This document shows positions 9,306 to 19,498 of a stretch of DNA of 64,000 bases, one piece after another. The notes under the pieces were generated by a model. That model did no database searches. It had not been told where the DNA came from and saw only the letters and a list, made by a program, of their open reading frames with translations. Location: positions 2,490 through 66,489 of the forward strand of contig JABMNZ010000017.1 of the NCBI GenBank assembly GCA_013204395.1, given 5' to 3'. This DNA is from Parcubacteria group bacterium (GTDB taxonomy: Bacteria > Patescibacteriota > Patescibacteriia > UBA9934 > GWF2-40-263). The position numbers and the translations under genes are program-made. Every line of letters begins with the position of its first letter. Position 1 is the first letter of the stretch.

Positions 9306-9893
9306 TTATATCTTGTCCAAGACTCCTGCATCTAGCAGGGCTTGATGATGCTCAGGGAGATATCTAGCCATGTATTCGATTAGCTTCCCTCGAACACGCC
9401 TGGTATCAAGATCGATTGATTTCGCAAATGCGCTAATGCGATCGTTGGCTTCTTGCTGTTCTTCCATCGATTCAATAAGGAGCTCAATCTCTACAACTGC
9501 ATAACCAAAGTCACAGTTATCTAGATCTATTCTGAGCCCATCCCGAAGATAACTTCGACGAGTTTTTTCTATTTTTGCGAAAGGTTTGTACCCAGCGATC
9601 TCGATTTCTCTCGTTAAATCCATTCCAGGCAATCCAAGTTTGACCGCTATTGATAAATCATCCTCAAGTTCCACATGTGTACGTGAAGACACTTTAGAAT
9701 TCTTGTTCTGACCAATTTTTAGTTCCCACCGATCGTTACGAAGTCTGAGCCACAGACTTTCTAAACCGAGCGTGTAATCTTCTGTGTCATAGTACGTATC
9801 GATGTTTGTTTTTTCATAGTCGAACGTAGCTCCCTTGAGAAGTTTTTCTTCCTGCTCAGGATTTAACAGAAACTTTTGTTCAACTTCAATCAT
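9306..9893 (-). CDS. CYTH-domain protein (class IV adenylyl cyclase/triphosphatase fold)
   Basis: N-terminal EVEQKFLL matches the ExExK signature of CYTH domains; the length fits. Confidence 0.65.
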   Translation of the reverse strand: MIEVEQKFLLNPEQEEKLLKGATFDYEKTNIDTYYDTEDYTLGLESLWLRLRNDRWELKIGQNKNSKVSSRTHVELEDDLSIAVKLGLPGMDLTREIEIAGYKPFAKIEKTRRSYLRDGLRIDLDNCDFGYAVVEIELLIESMEEQQEANDRISAFAKSIDLDTRRVRGKLIEYMARYLPEHHQALLDAGVLDKI

Positions 9894-10116
9894 AGATCTC
9901 CTTTACTAGATGCCCTGTTATCGATACCCTTATGGTACTCATCCTAAGAAAAAAATCGGAATTTAACAACTATGGAAATGGAGCGTGATAAAATTCTTAA
10001 AGGTGCTATCACTATACAGTCTAGATGGTGTTGATGTGATTGTAAAAATGTAGAGCCGTTAGTCAAGTTTATTTCTTAACATTAGCTATTGTCGATCAAT
10101 GTAAAGTGGCGTATCT

Positions 10117-11088
10117 TTGCAGCGAAATAATATTATGCATTTAGCAATTTTAGTCTTTGAACAAGAGGACAATAATCTGCTACCAGGCACAAAGATGCTG
10201 GTTAAGCGGGCAAGGGCAAATAAACACACGGTGAGTGTTTTAAAGGAGCGAGAGGTCTATATTGTGTTTAATGACAATAAACATTCGCTTCATAAAAACG
10301 GAAAACCCATTAAGCATTTTGATGCCGTGATCGTCAGGCCTTCGTTCAAGTCTGATCCTTCCATTCACGCTTCTTTGATTAGACAGTTTGAATTGGAGGG
10401 TCAACTTGTGATCAATACACATTCGGCTGTTCATCGAGCAAAGAACAAGGTTAGAACTCTTCAGCTTTTACATCACTACGATATCCCGATGCCACGGACG
10501 GTAATTATTTTTGATAGTGACGTGTTGGATAAAGTGATGGGAGAGTTTAAATATCCAGTGGTGGTAAAATCCGCTTATGGGGCGGGAGGTTCGGGGGTAT
10601 TCATTGCAGAGACCAAGAGATCTCTCAAGCCGGTTGTTGAACATCTGCTTCGAAAGAGAGAGGGGGTTCGTGAGCCGATCAAGATTCAGGAATACATTGC
10701 AGAATCAAAAGGAAAAGACTTACGACTTTTTGTCGTCGGTAAACGAGTGGTTGCTACCATGCAACGTTCTGCACAAAAAGGAGATTTTCGATCAAACTTT
10801 CATAAGGGAGGATCGGTTAAGGGAGTCGAACCAACTGAGGAAGAACGAGAGATGGCTGTACGGGCGAGTTTGAACTTAGGGCTAGACGTTTCCGGAGTAG
10901 ACATTTTGCGAACAAAAAAAGGACCCGTCATAATTGAAATCAATTCGCAGCCGGGTCTAGAAGGAATTACACAGGCAACTGGTGTTGATGTTGCCGGTGA
11001 GATTGTAGAGTATGTGGAACGACGTGTTCGTCGACGGAAGAAAAAACTAAGAGAGGTTAAAGAAAGAAAGAAGGCTACTGAAGGTTAA
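10117..11088 (+). CDS. RimK-family ATP-grasp ligase
   Basis: ATP-grasp motifs YPVVVKSAYGAGGSGVFIAE and IQEYIAESKGKDLRLFVVG; C-terminal basic tail. Confidence 0.7.
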   Translation: MQRNNIMHLAILVFEQEDNNLLPGTKMLVKRARANKHTVSVLKEREVYIVFNDNKHSLHKNGKPIKHFDAVIVRPSFKSDPSIHASLIRQFELEGQLVINTHSAVHRAKNKVRTLQLLHHYDIPMPRTVIIFDSDVLDKVMGEFKYPVVVKSAYGAGGSGVFIAETKRSLKPVVEHLLRKREGVREPIKIQEYIAESKGKDLRLFVVGKRVVATMQRSAQKGDFRSNFHKGGSVKGVEPTEEEREMAVRASLNLGLDVSGVDILRTKKGPVIIEINSQPGLEGITQATGVDVAGEIVEYVERRVRRRKKKLREVKERKKATEG

Positions 11089-11585
11089 TGCGACTTCCTA
11101 CCAGAAAATCACAGAGTTTAAAGATCCCTCATGACGAGGGTCCTTTATATTTAACTCAGGGAGGCATTGAAAAATTGGAACGGAGACTTAAAAAGATTGA
11201 ATCATTAGAATTGCCAGAGGCTATTGAAGATGTGCGTAGGACTGGGGAATTCGGAGATTTTTCAGAAAATGCTGAGTATCAGGAAGCAAAGTGGCGCATG
11301 AGACGACTCCACAATTCAGTTTTGACCATTAAAGATAAACTAAAGCGTGCGGTATTAATTGAGACCGATAAGGGGGTGGGGGGTGTTCAAATTGGCTCAA
11401 CTGTGGTACTTCAGACAACACAGGGAGATCGTAAGACATTCGAAATAGTGGGTCCAAGTGAAACTGACCCAACCCGCGGACGTCTTTCGTACAGATCACC
11501 ACTTGGCGCAAGCTTGATGGGTCGCGAAGTTGGAGAGTCTGTTGAGGCCGCGTTAATTCACTATACTATCGTAGATATCACCTAG
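11088..11585 (+). CDS. greA: Transcription elongation factor GreA
   Basis: N-terminal coiled coil with acidic tip (EFGDFSENAEYQEAK) and a C-terminal FKBP-like domain. Confidence 0.85.
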   Translation: MRLPTRKSQSLKIPHDEGPLYLTQGGIEKLERRLKKIESLELPEAIEDVRRTGEFGDFSENAEYQEAKWRMRRLHNSVLTIKDKLKRAVLIETDKGVGGVQIGSTVVLQTTQGDRKTFEIVGPSETDPTRGRLSYRSPLGASLMGREVGESVEAALIHYTIVDIT

Positions 11586-11587
11586 CC

Positions 11588-12901
11588 GTGATACGATACA
11601 ACTACATGTCAAGACAAGAATTAGAAGATAAACAGTTTTATGGGCTCGGTATCGCGCCCACGTTACTAGAGCGTCTTGATTCGCTCGGTTTCGTTCACCC
11701 AACACCAATTCAGTACAAGGCCATTCCAATTGCGATGACAGGAGATGATGTTATTGGAATCGCACAAACGGGAACGGGTAAGACTCTTGCTTTTTCCATC
11801 CCACTTCTGCAACAGATTTCTGCAAAAGGAAAAACGGGATTAGTTTTAACGCCAACCCGCGAACTGGCAATTCAAGTAGAGGAAACACTCCGTAAACTTG
11901 CTTCTCCACTTGGACTTCGTACAGCTATCATTATTGGAGGTACTCCACAGCACAAGCAAGTGAAACAGCTAAAGGCACGACCACATGTAATTGTGGCAAC
12001 ACCTGGTCGTCTTATTGATCTCATGAATCAAAAGCATGTTCGACTAGAAAAAGTCGGCGTGCTCGTTTTAGATGAGGCTGATCGCATGCTGGATATGGGG
12101 TTTGCTCCACAGTTGAAAAAGGTCATGGCCATTGTCCCTGCAGATCGGCAGACACTTCTATTTTCAGCAACCATGCCTGAGGAGATTGCAAAGATTGCTC
12201 GCGAATTCATGAAGAAGCCTCTTCGTGTAGAGGTGGCTCCATCTGGAACGGCAGCAGAAAAGGTTGAGCAAGAAGTATATATCGTTCCTCGATCAGAGAA
12301 GATTGATCTACTAGAGAAAATATTGGAGGAGTATAAGGGAACCGTTTTGGTTTTTTCACGAACAAAGCATGGGGCAAAGAATTTGGCGGCAAAAGTTCGA
12401 CAAATGGGACACAGCTCCGCTGAGATTCACGGTAATCGTTCCCAGAACCAACGGCAGATTGCCCTTTCGGGATTCTCGTCAGGAAAATTCCGTGTCCTTA
12501 TTGCTACGGATATCGCGGCTCGTGGAATCGATGTAAAAAATATTGAACTTGTTGTGAACTTTGACCTTCCTGATCAGTTGGAAGATTATGTTCATCGTAT
12601 TGGCCGTACAGGACGAGCAGGATCTACTGGTAAAGCTATCTCGTTTGCCTCACCAGAACAGAAAAAGGATGTTCGTGCCATTGAAAGATTGATTAAAAAG
12701 CAGCTCCCAGTTCTTACAACTGAAGGAGAACCAGTAAAACGAGAGGCTGATACGGGAAAAGAGGAACGATACGGAAGCCCACGAAAACGAGGTGGATCAG
12801 GAGGAAATAGAGGGGGTCGAGGTGGACGAACTGGTGGTGGCTACTCGAAATCTGGATCAAGCGGAGGAGGTCAGCGTAAACGACCAGGAGGACGACGATA
12901 A
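11588..12901 (+). CDS. DEAD-box ATP-dependent RNA helicase with RGG-rich C-terminal tail
   Basis: Q motif, AQTGTGKT, DEAD, SAT and HRIGRTGRAG motifs; Gly/Arg-rich tail. Confidence 0.85.
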   Translation: MIRYNYMSRQELEDKQFYGLGIAPTLLERLDSLGFVHPTPIQYKAIPIAMTGDDVIGIAQTGTGKTLAFSIPLLQQISAKGKTGLVLTPTRELAIQVEETLRKLASPLGLRTAIIIGGTPQHKQVKQLKARPHVIVATPGRLIDLMNQKHVRLEKVGVLVLDEADRMLDMGFAPQLKKVMAIVPADRQTLLFSATMPEEIAKIAREFMKKPLRVEVAPSGTAAEKVEQEVYIVPRSEKIDLLEKILEEYKGTVLVFSRTKHGAKNLAAKVRQMGHSSAEIHGNRSQNQRQIALSGFSSGKFRVLIATDIAARGIDVKNIELVVNFDLPDQLEDYVHRIGRTGRAGSTGKAISFASPEQKKDVRAIERLIKKQLPVLTTEGEPVKREADTGKEERYGSPRKRGGSGGNRGGRGGRTGGGYSKSGSSGGGQRKRPGGRR

Positions 12902-12905
12902 CCGT

Positions 12906-13655
12906 ATGCTTACAAAGGCTCAGGAAAAGTTGATTAAATCTTTGCATAGAAAAAAAGGCCGTGTTGAAAACGGTCTTTGTTTAGTAGAGGGTTTAAAAGT
13001 TATCGGTGTTGCTGCTAGTGCTGTTGAGTATGTATTTACCAAAGATGACTCTCTGATCTTCGATAAGCTTGTCACAACAGATACCCCGCAGGATGCAGCA
13101 GCCGTTGCCCAGATTCCACGATTCACGCCGGAAGAGGTGTTATCGAGTGAAACCATACTTTTACTTGATGGCCTTCAGGACCCTGGCAATGTTGGTGGAA
13201 TTTTTCGCCTGTGTCAGGGGTTCGGTGCGTCGCTTATACTCATAGAATCAGCAGACCCGACGAGTTCAAAAGTTATTCGGGCGTCTGTGGGTTCGATGTT
13301 CTCTGTGCCGTGGGTTACGGTTTCTCGTTCAAAAGTGAGTGGCCTTATTGAGCGTGCTTCTCATGAGGTGCTGCGACTAGAGTCTCCATTGGTGGCGGCC
13401 GGTTCGTACTTTCAAAATGAAGGAGAAGTGGCTGAAGAGTCTGATTCATTTAAAAATAGGGATGTGGGGGGCGTTGAATTGTTCGCAACAAAAAAGCCAG
13501 CCATGTTAATTGTTGGTTCTGAAGGACGGGGGATACAGCTCCCACTGAAGGCTCCATCTATATCGATCGTTCACGACAAAGCTCTGGAATCTTTGAATGT
13601 TGGTCACGCTGTGGCCATAGCCCTGCACGAGAGATACAAAGTAATGAATGGTTAA
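12906..13655 (+). CDS. SpoU/TrmH-family RNA 2'-O-methyltransferase
   Basis: SpoU substrate-binding and methylase domains. The internal ATG at 12906 is chosen because the ORF from 12792 overlaps the helicase. Confidence 0.7.
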   Translation: MLTKAQEKLIKSLHRKKGRVENGLCLVEGLKVIGVAASAVEYVFTKDDSLIFDKLVTTDTPQDAAAVAQIPRFTPEEVLSSETILLLDGLQDPGNVGGIFRLCQGFGASLILIESADPTSSKVIRASVGSMFSVPWVTVSRSKVSGLIERASHEVLRLESPLVAAGSYFQNEGEVAEESDSFKNRDVGGVELFATKKPAMLIVGSEGRGIQLPLKAPSISIVHDKALESLNVGHAVAIALHERYKVMNG

Positions 13656-13993
13656 AGCGGCAGGTGCTGATCCATTTGAGATTCTAGCTTTCCGTACACA
13701 TTTTTATTCTGATACGCAGTCCAAGCGGCACCCTCAAGGGGGCCGTTTTTTGGTCGGTCGTCTACATTGAGTGCAATTACACGCTTGTCACTGATATTGA
13801 ATTGCTGTCTAAGAGAATCTTCAACTTCTGGATGCACGGTCACAATCACATCTGCCAGATCAATTTTATCTTGAACCTCTTTTTGATCTTGAAGCACACC
13901 TCCTGTTTGGATGCTGTAACCTTTGTTTTCTAGGTACTTTTGTAGATGAACACTACGGTTCATGCCAAAATGGCAGAGAATTAATACATGCAT
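13652..13993 (-). CDS. Low-molecular-weight phosphotyrosine phosphatase/ArsC-like protein
   Basis: P-loop C-X5-R-S (LCHFGMNRS) near the N-terminus, typical of the LMW-PTP family. Confidence 0.55.
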   Translation of the reverse strand: MHVLILCHFGMNRSVHLQKYLENKGYSIQTGGVLQDQKEVQDKIDLADVIVTVHPEVEDSLRQQFNISDKRVIALNVDDRPKNGPLEGAAWTAYQNKNVYGKLESQMDQHLPL

Positions 13994-14052
13994 ATGGGTA
14001 AGTATATCAGAGCTTGACTTGGTAGGCTCATTAACCTAACCTCCGGACGTCG

Positions 14053-15570
14053 TTGAGCAATTCGATGCGACTGTGGAGGTGTACGATGGCCGACTTTCGG
14101 CAACTTGTGACGGGTGAATCTGTGCACGATTGGATCGCCCGACGCGTCGGGGAGATTCTCTCGGGTGCGGGAACAGCATTTGAGTGCGTGGCCGCGGTGG
14201 GCATGGACCCTGAGTTGACCAGTGTCTACTTCGAGGTGAGTGAAACACGCCCCAAGGGTGATGTTCAGCTTCTCTCGGGTGGAGCAGGTCTCTCGGTCAG
14301 CTTGGGCAAAGATCCCAGCAAGCTCTTTCCCGAGGACATCATCAGCCTGTTTGGTGGCGTGACCCTCAAGGATCAGGCGCTGGACTGCAAGCAAGTGGTC
14401 TTTCGGCTGCCGCTGCAGCACATCGATCCGCAGTTCGCCGCCATGGGGGTGCAAGGGGCACTTCTTCGTGGGGATGAACTGCAGACCAAGGTCACGAACC
14501 TCGGAATCGAAAGGGTCATCTTCTTCGCAGAAGAGGATCAGTTCCCGGCGATCGAGAAGGGGTTGGAACTCGCGCGCGCAGCCAACGTCAGTCGCTGGCT
14601 GAGCGCCATGCCCCCGAACCTTCTCAACGTGACGGCTTTTGCAACCTTGGTTGCCAGCCGCTTCGCAGAGATGGGTTTGGAGGTCTTTGCACCCAGCGCG
14701 GACGAGTACACCAAGATGGGTCTGCTCAAGGGTGTGGCTGCCGGCAACGGTGGGCACTTCCGCGTGCTGGCCGTGCGTATTGATCCGCTCAGCGAACCGA
14801 CCGAGAAGGTGATCGCCTACGTGGGCAAGACGCTGGTATTCGATGCCGGCGGCTTGAACATCAAGGGGGCACACGCACGTGGCATGAAGGGTGACATGGG
14901 TGGAGGTGCCAGCATCTTCGGCTCGGCCAGCTACCTGGCACAACACCGTGAGCTCCTCACGCGTTCGGTGGTTTTTGTCTGGACTATCACCGAGAACGTG
15001 ATTGGGCCCGACGCCTACCGACCTGACGACGTCCTCACCGCCTTCAACGGGGTGACGGTCGAGATCGACAACACGGATGCAGAAGGACGCTTGGCTCTGG
15101 CTGACGCCATGGCCTGGATCTGCACGAAGGTGGAGGTGACGCAGTTGGTGCCGGTGTGTACCCTCACAGGAGCGGCAGTGGTCGCCTTCGGGTCCGCGGC
15201 GTCTGCCCTGCACTTGAAGGACAGCCGTCGCCGTCTGGATGAAGTCGGCCGCTTGGAACGTCTCTCCTTTGACTCTGGTGACTCGGTGAACATCATCCAT
15301 CATCACCCGCACGCTGCGGCAATCCTTGCGTCGCACATCGCCGACATCAAGAACGCTGGTGGAGGCAACAAGAACGGTGGCTCCTCACAGGGCTTCGCCT
15401 TCCTCCTGAACTTCGCACCCAACGGTGTGGACGTCATGGAGCTGGACATTGCCGGCAAGGCGGGTCTCGACTTCGCGGGAGGAAACGGCCTGCAGGCTGG
15501 AACGAGTCTTCCGGCTGCCGTCTGGTTCGTCATCGCGATCGAGGGCACTTACGAGGTACCCGTCCAGTAG
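14053..15570 (+). CDS. M17 leucyl aminopeptidase family protein (G+C-rich islet gene 3, second copy)
   Basis: M17 signature NTDAEGRL plus VFDAGGLNIKG and GDMGGGA metal-binding motifs. Strong GC3 bias; the minus-strand 451-aa ORF is a shadow. Confidence 0.75.
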   Translation: MSNSMRLWRCTMADFRQLVTGESVHDWIARRVGEILSGAGTAFECVAAVGMDPELTSVYFEVSETRPKGDVQLLSGGAGLSVSLGKDPSKLFPEDIISLFGGVTLKDQALDCKQVVFRLPLQHIDPQFAAMGVQGALLRGDELQTKVTNLGIERVIFFAEEDQFPAIEKGLELARAANVSRWLSAMPPNLLNVTAFATLVASRFAEMGLEVFAPSADEYTKMGLLKGVAAGNGGHFRVLAVRIDPLSEPTEKVIAYVGKTLVFDAGGLNIKGAHARGMKGDMGGGASIFGSASYLAQHRELLTRSVVFVWTITENVIGPDAYRPDDVLTAFNGVTVEIDNTDAEGRLALADAMAWICTKVEVTQLVPVCTLTGAAVVAFGSAASALHLKDSRRRLDEVGRLERLSFDSGDSVNIIHHHPHAAAILASHIADIKNAGGGNKNGGSSQGFAFLLNFAPNGVDVMELDIAGKAGLDFAGGNGLQAGTSLPAAVWFVIAIEGTYEVPVQ

Positions 15571-15590
15571 ACACGAGCCCATTCGGGCAT

Positions 15591-15620
15591 CCCACTTTGC
15601 ATCCGTGCAAGTGGGTTTTT
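15591..15620 (+). terminator. Rho-independent terminator
   Basis: cccacttTgca-tccg-tgcaagtggg followed by ttttt. Confidence 0.5.
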
Positions 15621-15684
15621 AATTTGTCTTCAGCTGAGTCATCTAATCAATGAAGTCTTTTCGATTGCGAGATTCTCACGTATA

Positions 15685-16452
15685 GTGCTTTTATCTATGA
15701 CATTCATTTACATACTCGTAACCACGTTAGTGATATCCCTCCTATCTCTTGTTGGGATTCTAAGCTTGGTGATTTTTAAAAAACACTTTCATGAGGGCCT
15801 GTTAACACTGGTAGCTCTTTCAGCGGGAGCCATGCTTGGAAACGCTTTTTTTCATCTTCTACCCGAGGCGTTGGAACTAACAGAGTCAGGGCCTGTTGAT
15901 GTGTTCGGGGTGATGTTGCTTGTGGTGGGATCGTTTGTTGTTTCATTTTTGTTCGAGCAATTTTTTTCATGGCACCATTGTCATAACTCTGAGACCTGTG
16001 AGGTAGCAGAAAAGCCCTACGCACATCTTGTTCTCTACTCAGATGGCTTGCATAACTTTATTGATGGACTTGTTATCGCCGCTGCTTACATGGTCACCCC
16101 CGCTCTGGGGCTTAGCACAGCTATTGCCATTGCCTTACATGAGGTCCCTCAGGAGCTTGGGGATTACGCCGTTTTAGTTCACGGTGGGTTTTCCAAAGCA
16201 AGGGCAGCTCTTCTTAACTGGGTTACATCGTTGACGGTTGTTGCCGGTGGTATTGTTGGCTACTTTCTTGTGGGTCAAGTGGATTGGGCTGTACCCGTAC
16301 TTCTTCCAATCGCCGCTGGTGGATTTTTGTATATTGCCGCAGCAGACTTACTTCCAGAGCTGAAGCACAGTGAGAATCCAACGAAGATTCCTCTCCACAT
16401 CCTGGTCTTTCTTACAGGACTTGCGATCATGATAGTCTCAGCCTTAATTTAG
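15685..16452 (+). CDS. ZIP-family divalent metal (zinc) transporter
   Basis: Multi-TM protein with the HEVPQELGDYAVL signature (HExPxExGD). Confidence 0.8.
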   Translation: MLLSMTFIYILVTTLVISLLSLVGILSLVIFKKHFHEGLLTLVALSAGAMLGNAFFHLLPEALELTESGPVDVFGVMLLVVGSFVVSFLFEQFFSWHHCHNSETCEVAEKPYAHLVLYSDGLHNFIDGLVIAAAYMVTPALGLSTAIAIALHEVPQELGDYAVLVHGGFSKARAALLNWVTSLTVVAGGIVGYFLVGQVDWAVPVLLPIAAGGFLYIAAADLLPELKHSENPTKIPLHILVFLTGLAIMIVSALI

Positions 16453-16460
16453 ATGAAAGA

Positions 16461-16490
16461 AAAAAACAACCGATAGGTTGTTTTTTGTTT
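16461..16490. terminator. Bidirectional terminator
   Basis: caacc-gata-ggttg flanked by an A-run and a T-run. Confidence 0.5.
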
Positions 16491-16500
16491 GGGTAGATTA

Positions 16501-16947
16501 TTAGTACTGACGCTGAAGATCGAAAGTCCTTGTTCCGTTTTCGTCACGGAGGATGACGGCCCATGTTTCACCAGAGCCCGTATAGGTAGCAGTGTGAAGC
16601 GCCGCATTATCTGTTGGTAAGATTCCCCATCGTCGAGAGATAGTATAAGAACCTTTAGCCATTTCACCTTCAAAGAAGGTTTGTAAATCATCTATAGGGG
16701 TATCAGTATTCCCAAGCACACCTACAGCTAGATCGTTATCAATTATGACGCGAATGGTTGAGTCAGTTGGTAGAGAAATGTCGAGCAGTGCTTCTGCTTC
16801 AGATCGAGTGTGACCACTGGCTTCCATTGTGGTTTCGCCGGTTTTATTTGTGTTTTGTTTAGTGGCCCCATTATCGTTTGCTCCTTTCAAAACAAAGAAG
16901 AATCCTATGATGACTATGACACCGATGATAATAAGTACTTTTTTCAT
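16501..16947 (-). CDS. Hypothetical membrane-anchored or secreted protein
   Basis: N-terminal signal/TM helix (MKKVLIIIGVIVIIGFFFVL); no known motifs. Confidence 0.45.
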   Translation of the reverse strand: MKKVLIIIGVIVIIGFFFVLKGANDNGATKQNTNKTGETTMEASGHTRSEAEALLDISLPTDSTIRVIIDNDLAVGVLGNTDTPIDDLQTFFEGEMAKGSYTISRRWGILPTDNAALHTATYTGSGETWAVILRDENGTRTFDLQRQY

Positions 16948-16951
16948 AGGG

Positions 16952-17857
16952 CTAGAGGTTATCGTTAATTGATTGTACAGAGGCCGTTTGTGCTGCTACG
17001 TCAAAGTCATTGGCGGATTCAATGTGTGTACCATAGGTGTAGTTACCATAAAAAACATCTGAGATGTCATGGATCATTTGGTTCCAATCTTCTCCATAAA
17101 GATCGATAGCGATATCCTCACTTGTAACAGCACGTAGCAATGAATGCTGCTCAACCACGTAGACGGTGTTCATGGTTGGAAACTTCACCATGAGAGTGCC
17201 GGGGTGATAGGTCACGTTTGAGCCGAGTGGGAAGTCTGACATGACGTCAGTTGAAACGATGTGAAGGTCATCGTACCCTTCATACCAGGAGAAAAAGACT
17301 CGTTCGTTTGGAAAGGCATGTCGGTAACCCAAGTTGTCCAAGAAGTACACGGTGCGGCAGGTATGCGTGAAGTCCTCGCCTCCAGGACAGGCGGTCTTGA
17401 TCAGAACAGGGGACACAGCCGTCACTTCAGAGGCTGTCCAATCTGTTGCGTCTACTTCACTTGCTTCTGGGTCAGTAGATGAATCACCGTCAGTTGTTTC
17501 GATCGGAGCCTCGGCAACAGAGATAATTTTACTAGGACCAAGCAGTTCATTTCCAGCACCGTCTGTGCATTTGGCTCGGATGCTGTTTGCAGATCTAAAA
17601 GTTGTGAAGGTATACACCACTTCCCACACATCGGTATCGGCGTTATACGACATAGGAGTCTCGTAGGTACTTGAGATCACAAGAAGACAGGATGTCACTC
17701 CATCAACATCCGTTGCTGTAACAGAAAACGTACTAGGGACATCGTAAGTTGCAGAGAGTGGTGAGACGGCACTCATCTCTGGACCAACTTCGTCGGCAAG
17801 AACGGCGGACAGTGGAGTCAGGAGAATCGCTAAGGAAAGGAGGAGGAATGTTTTCAT
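16952..17857 (-). CDS. Hypothetical secreted protein
   Basis: Cleavable signal peptide (MKTFLLLSLAILLTPLSAVLA); mostly beta, Thr/Ser/Asp-rich. Confidence 0.45.
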   Translation of the reverse strand: MKTFLLLSLAILLTPLSAVLADEVGPEMSAVSPLSATYDVPSTFSVTATDVDGVTSCLLVISSTYETPMSYNADTDVWEVVYTFTTFRSANSIRAKCTDGAGNELLGPSKIISVAEAPIETTDGDSSTDPEASEVDATDWTASEVTAVSPVLIKTACPGGEDFTHTCRTVYFLDNLGYRHAFPNERVFFSWYEGYDDLHIVSTDVMSDFPLGSNVTYHPGTLMVKFPTMNTVYVVEQHSLLRAVTSEDIAIDLYGEDWNQMIHDISDVFYGNYTYGTHIESANDFDVAAQTASVQSINDNL

Positions 17858-17869
17858 AGGTAGGGAGGG

Positions 17870-18361
17870 TTAATTTAGGTAGGAATCAAATCGGATGGAG
17901 TGACAGGTGTATCCGTCCGGGTTTTTTTGTAAGTAATCTTGGTGATGGTCTTCTGCAGGGTAGAACATTGTGAGTGGCTCAAGGGTGGTTACCACAGGAC
18001 CGTCCCAACGCCCAGATGCGTTTACCAGATCAATAAATTGCTGGCCTTCAGCTTTCTCTCTATCATCTTGGTAAAAGATGGCTGATCTGTACGAGGTGCC
18101 ACGGTCATTTCCTTGTTTGTTAAGTGTGGTTGGGTCATGGGCTCGAAAGAAGAAATCAAGTAATTTTTTAAATGAGGTTGTATCAGTATCGTAAGTAATT
18201 TGTACGGCCTCAGCATGATCAGGGTGATTCTCGTAGGTTGGGTGGTCATTGGATCCACCTGTGTATCCAACCTGTGTCTCAATAACTCCAGGTTCATTTC
18301 GGATGAGCTCCTCGATTCCCCAAAAACATCCTCCGGCGAGTACCGTTTGTTTTAGCTTCAT
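17870..18361 (-). CDS. msrA: Peptide methionine sulfoxide reductase MsrA
   Basis: Catalytic GCFWG motif at the N-terminus. Confidence 0.9.
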   Translation of the reverse strand: MKLKQTVLAGGCFWGIEELIRNEPGVIETQVGYTGGSNDHPTYENHPDHAEAVQITYDTDTTSFKKLLDFFFRAHDPTTLNKQGNDRGTSYRSAIFYQDDREKAEGQQFIDLVNASGRWDGPVVTTLEPLTMFYPAEDHHQDYLQKNPDGYTCHSIRFDSYLN

Positions 18362-18483
18362 AGTATCTATATGATTTGCAGGTGGACGACTATGTCACAT
18401 AGTATCAAAAATATCGCTATTTGCCTTGTAGCTGAAGGCTTTAGGCCTTTCAGAATTTAGTGTAGTATCTATAAAAAGCAATC

Positions 18484-19482
18484 ATGTTAAGAAAAGCCAA
18501 CAAAAGATCGCCTGAGGAACTGCGAAAACGGTTAGAGGCAGAGACGTTTACAAGAACGTCCATTTCTTTTTATCGCTATGTACGTATTAAAGATCCGGAG
18601 GCACTGAGAGACCAGCTTTATGATCTCTGGGATGATTTGGGAGTGTTGGGACGTATTTATGTGGCTCACGAAGGAATAAACGCTCAATTGAATGTCCCTG
18701 ATCATAACGTGAAGGTTTTCAGGATGGTCGTTGATCAACTGTTGGAATTCAATGGTGTTCCGTTTAAGATTGGTATTCATGAGGACGCACCGTCATTTAT
18801 AAAGTTAACGATAAAAGTACGGGAGTATATTTTGGCAGATGGACTTTTACCGGGGGAGTATGACGTGACTAATGTTGGAAAGCATTTGAGTGCCAGGGAA
18901 TTCAACGACGCTATTGACCAAGGGGCTGTTGTGGTTGATATGCGGAATAACTATGAGAGCGACATCGGTCGCTTTGACGGAGCCCTCTTGCCTGACGTCA
19001 CTACATTTGCAGAGGAATTGCCTGTTGTCAGTGAGATGCTAAGAGGTCAAGAGGATAAAAAGATTTTGTTGTACTGCACGGGAGGAATCAGATGTGAGAA
19101 GGCTAGTGCTTATTTGCGTGAGGGAGGATTCAAAGATGTGAATCAGCTTCATGGAGGAATTATAGATTATAAGCACCAGATAGATAGGGAGGGATTGGAA
19201 TCAAAGTTTAAAGGAAGAAATTTTGTGTTCGATGGGCGTAGCGCAGAGCCAATTACCGATGATGTGCTTGGTGTGTGTTACCAATGTAGTGCTCCTTCAA
19301 GCACTCATGCGAATTGCAAGAATACAACATGTAATATTTTATTTATTCAGTGCGATGCCTGTAAAGATACATTCAACAGGTCTTGTTCTGGCGAGTGTCG
19401 TGATATTTCCTTCTTGCCCATTGAAGAACAAGAGAAGCTGCGTAAAGGGGTGAAGGTGTTTGGAAGAATTGTGGCGAGGTAG
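18484..19482 (+). CDS. trhO: Rhodanese-domain tRNA uridine(34) hydroxylase TrhO (UPF0176) with Cys-rich C-terminal extension
   Basis: GRIYVAHEGINAQ N-terminal signature, rhodanese catalytic Cys (LYCTGGIRCE), plus a C-terminal cluster of eight or more Cys. Confidence 0.75.
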   Translation: MLRKANKRSPEELRKRLEAETFTRTSISFYRYVRIKDPEALRDQLYDLWDDLGVLGRIYVAHEGINAQLNVPDHNVKVFRMVVDQLLEFNGVPFKIGIHEDAPSFIKLTIKVREYILADGLLPGEYDVTNVGKHLSAREFNDAIDQGAVVVDMRNNYESDIGRFDGALLPDVTTFAEELPVVSEMLRGQEDKKILLYCTGGIRCEKASAYLREGGFKDVNQLHGGIIDYKHQIDREGLESKFKGRNFVFDGRSAEPITDDVLGVCYQCSAPSSTHANCKNTTCNILFIQCDACKDTFNRSCSGECRDISFLPIEEQEKLRKGVKVFGRIVAR

Positions 19483-19498
19483 CCGTTGGTACTCTCGG

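Noticed and set aside
12792-12905. Upstream extension of the SpoU methyltransferase ORF (start at 12792).
   Set aside because: It overlaps the helicase C-terminus in another frame. The internal ATG at 12906, directly after the helicase stop, is the likelier start.
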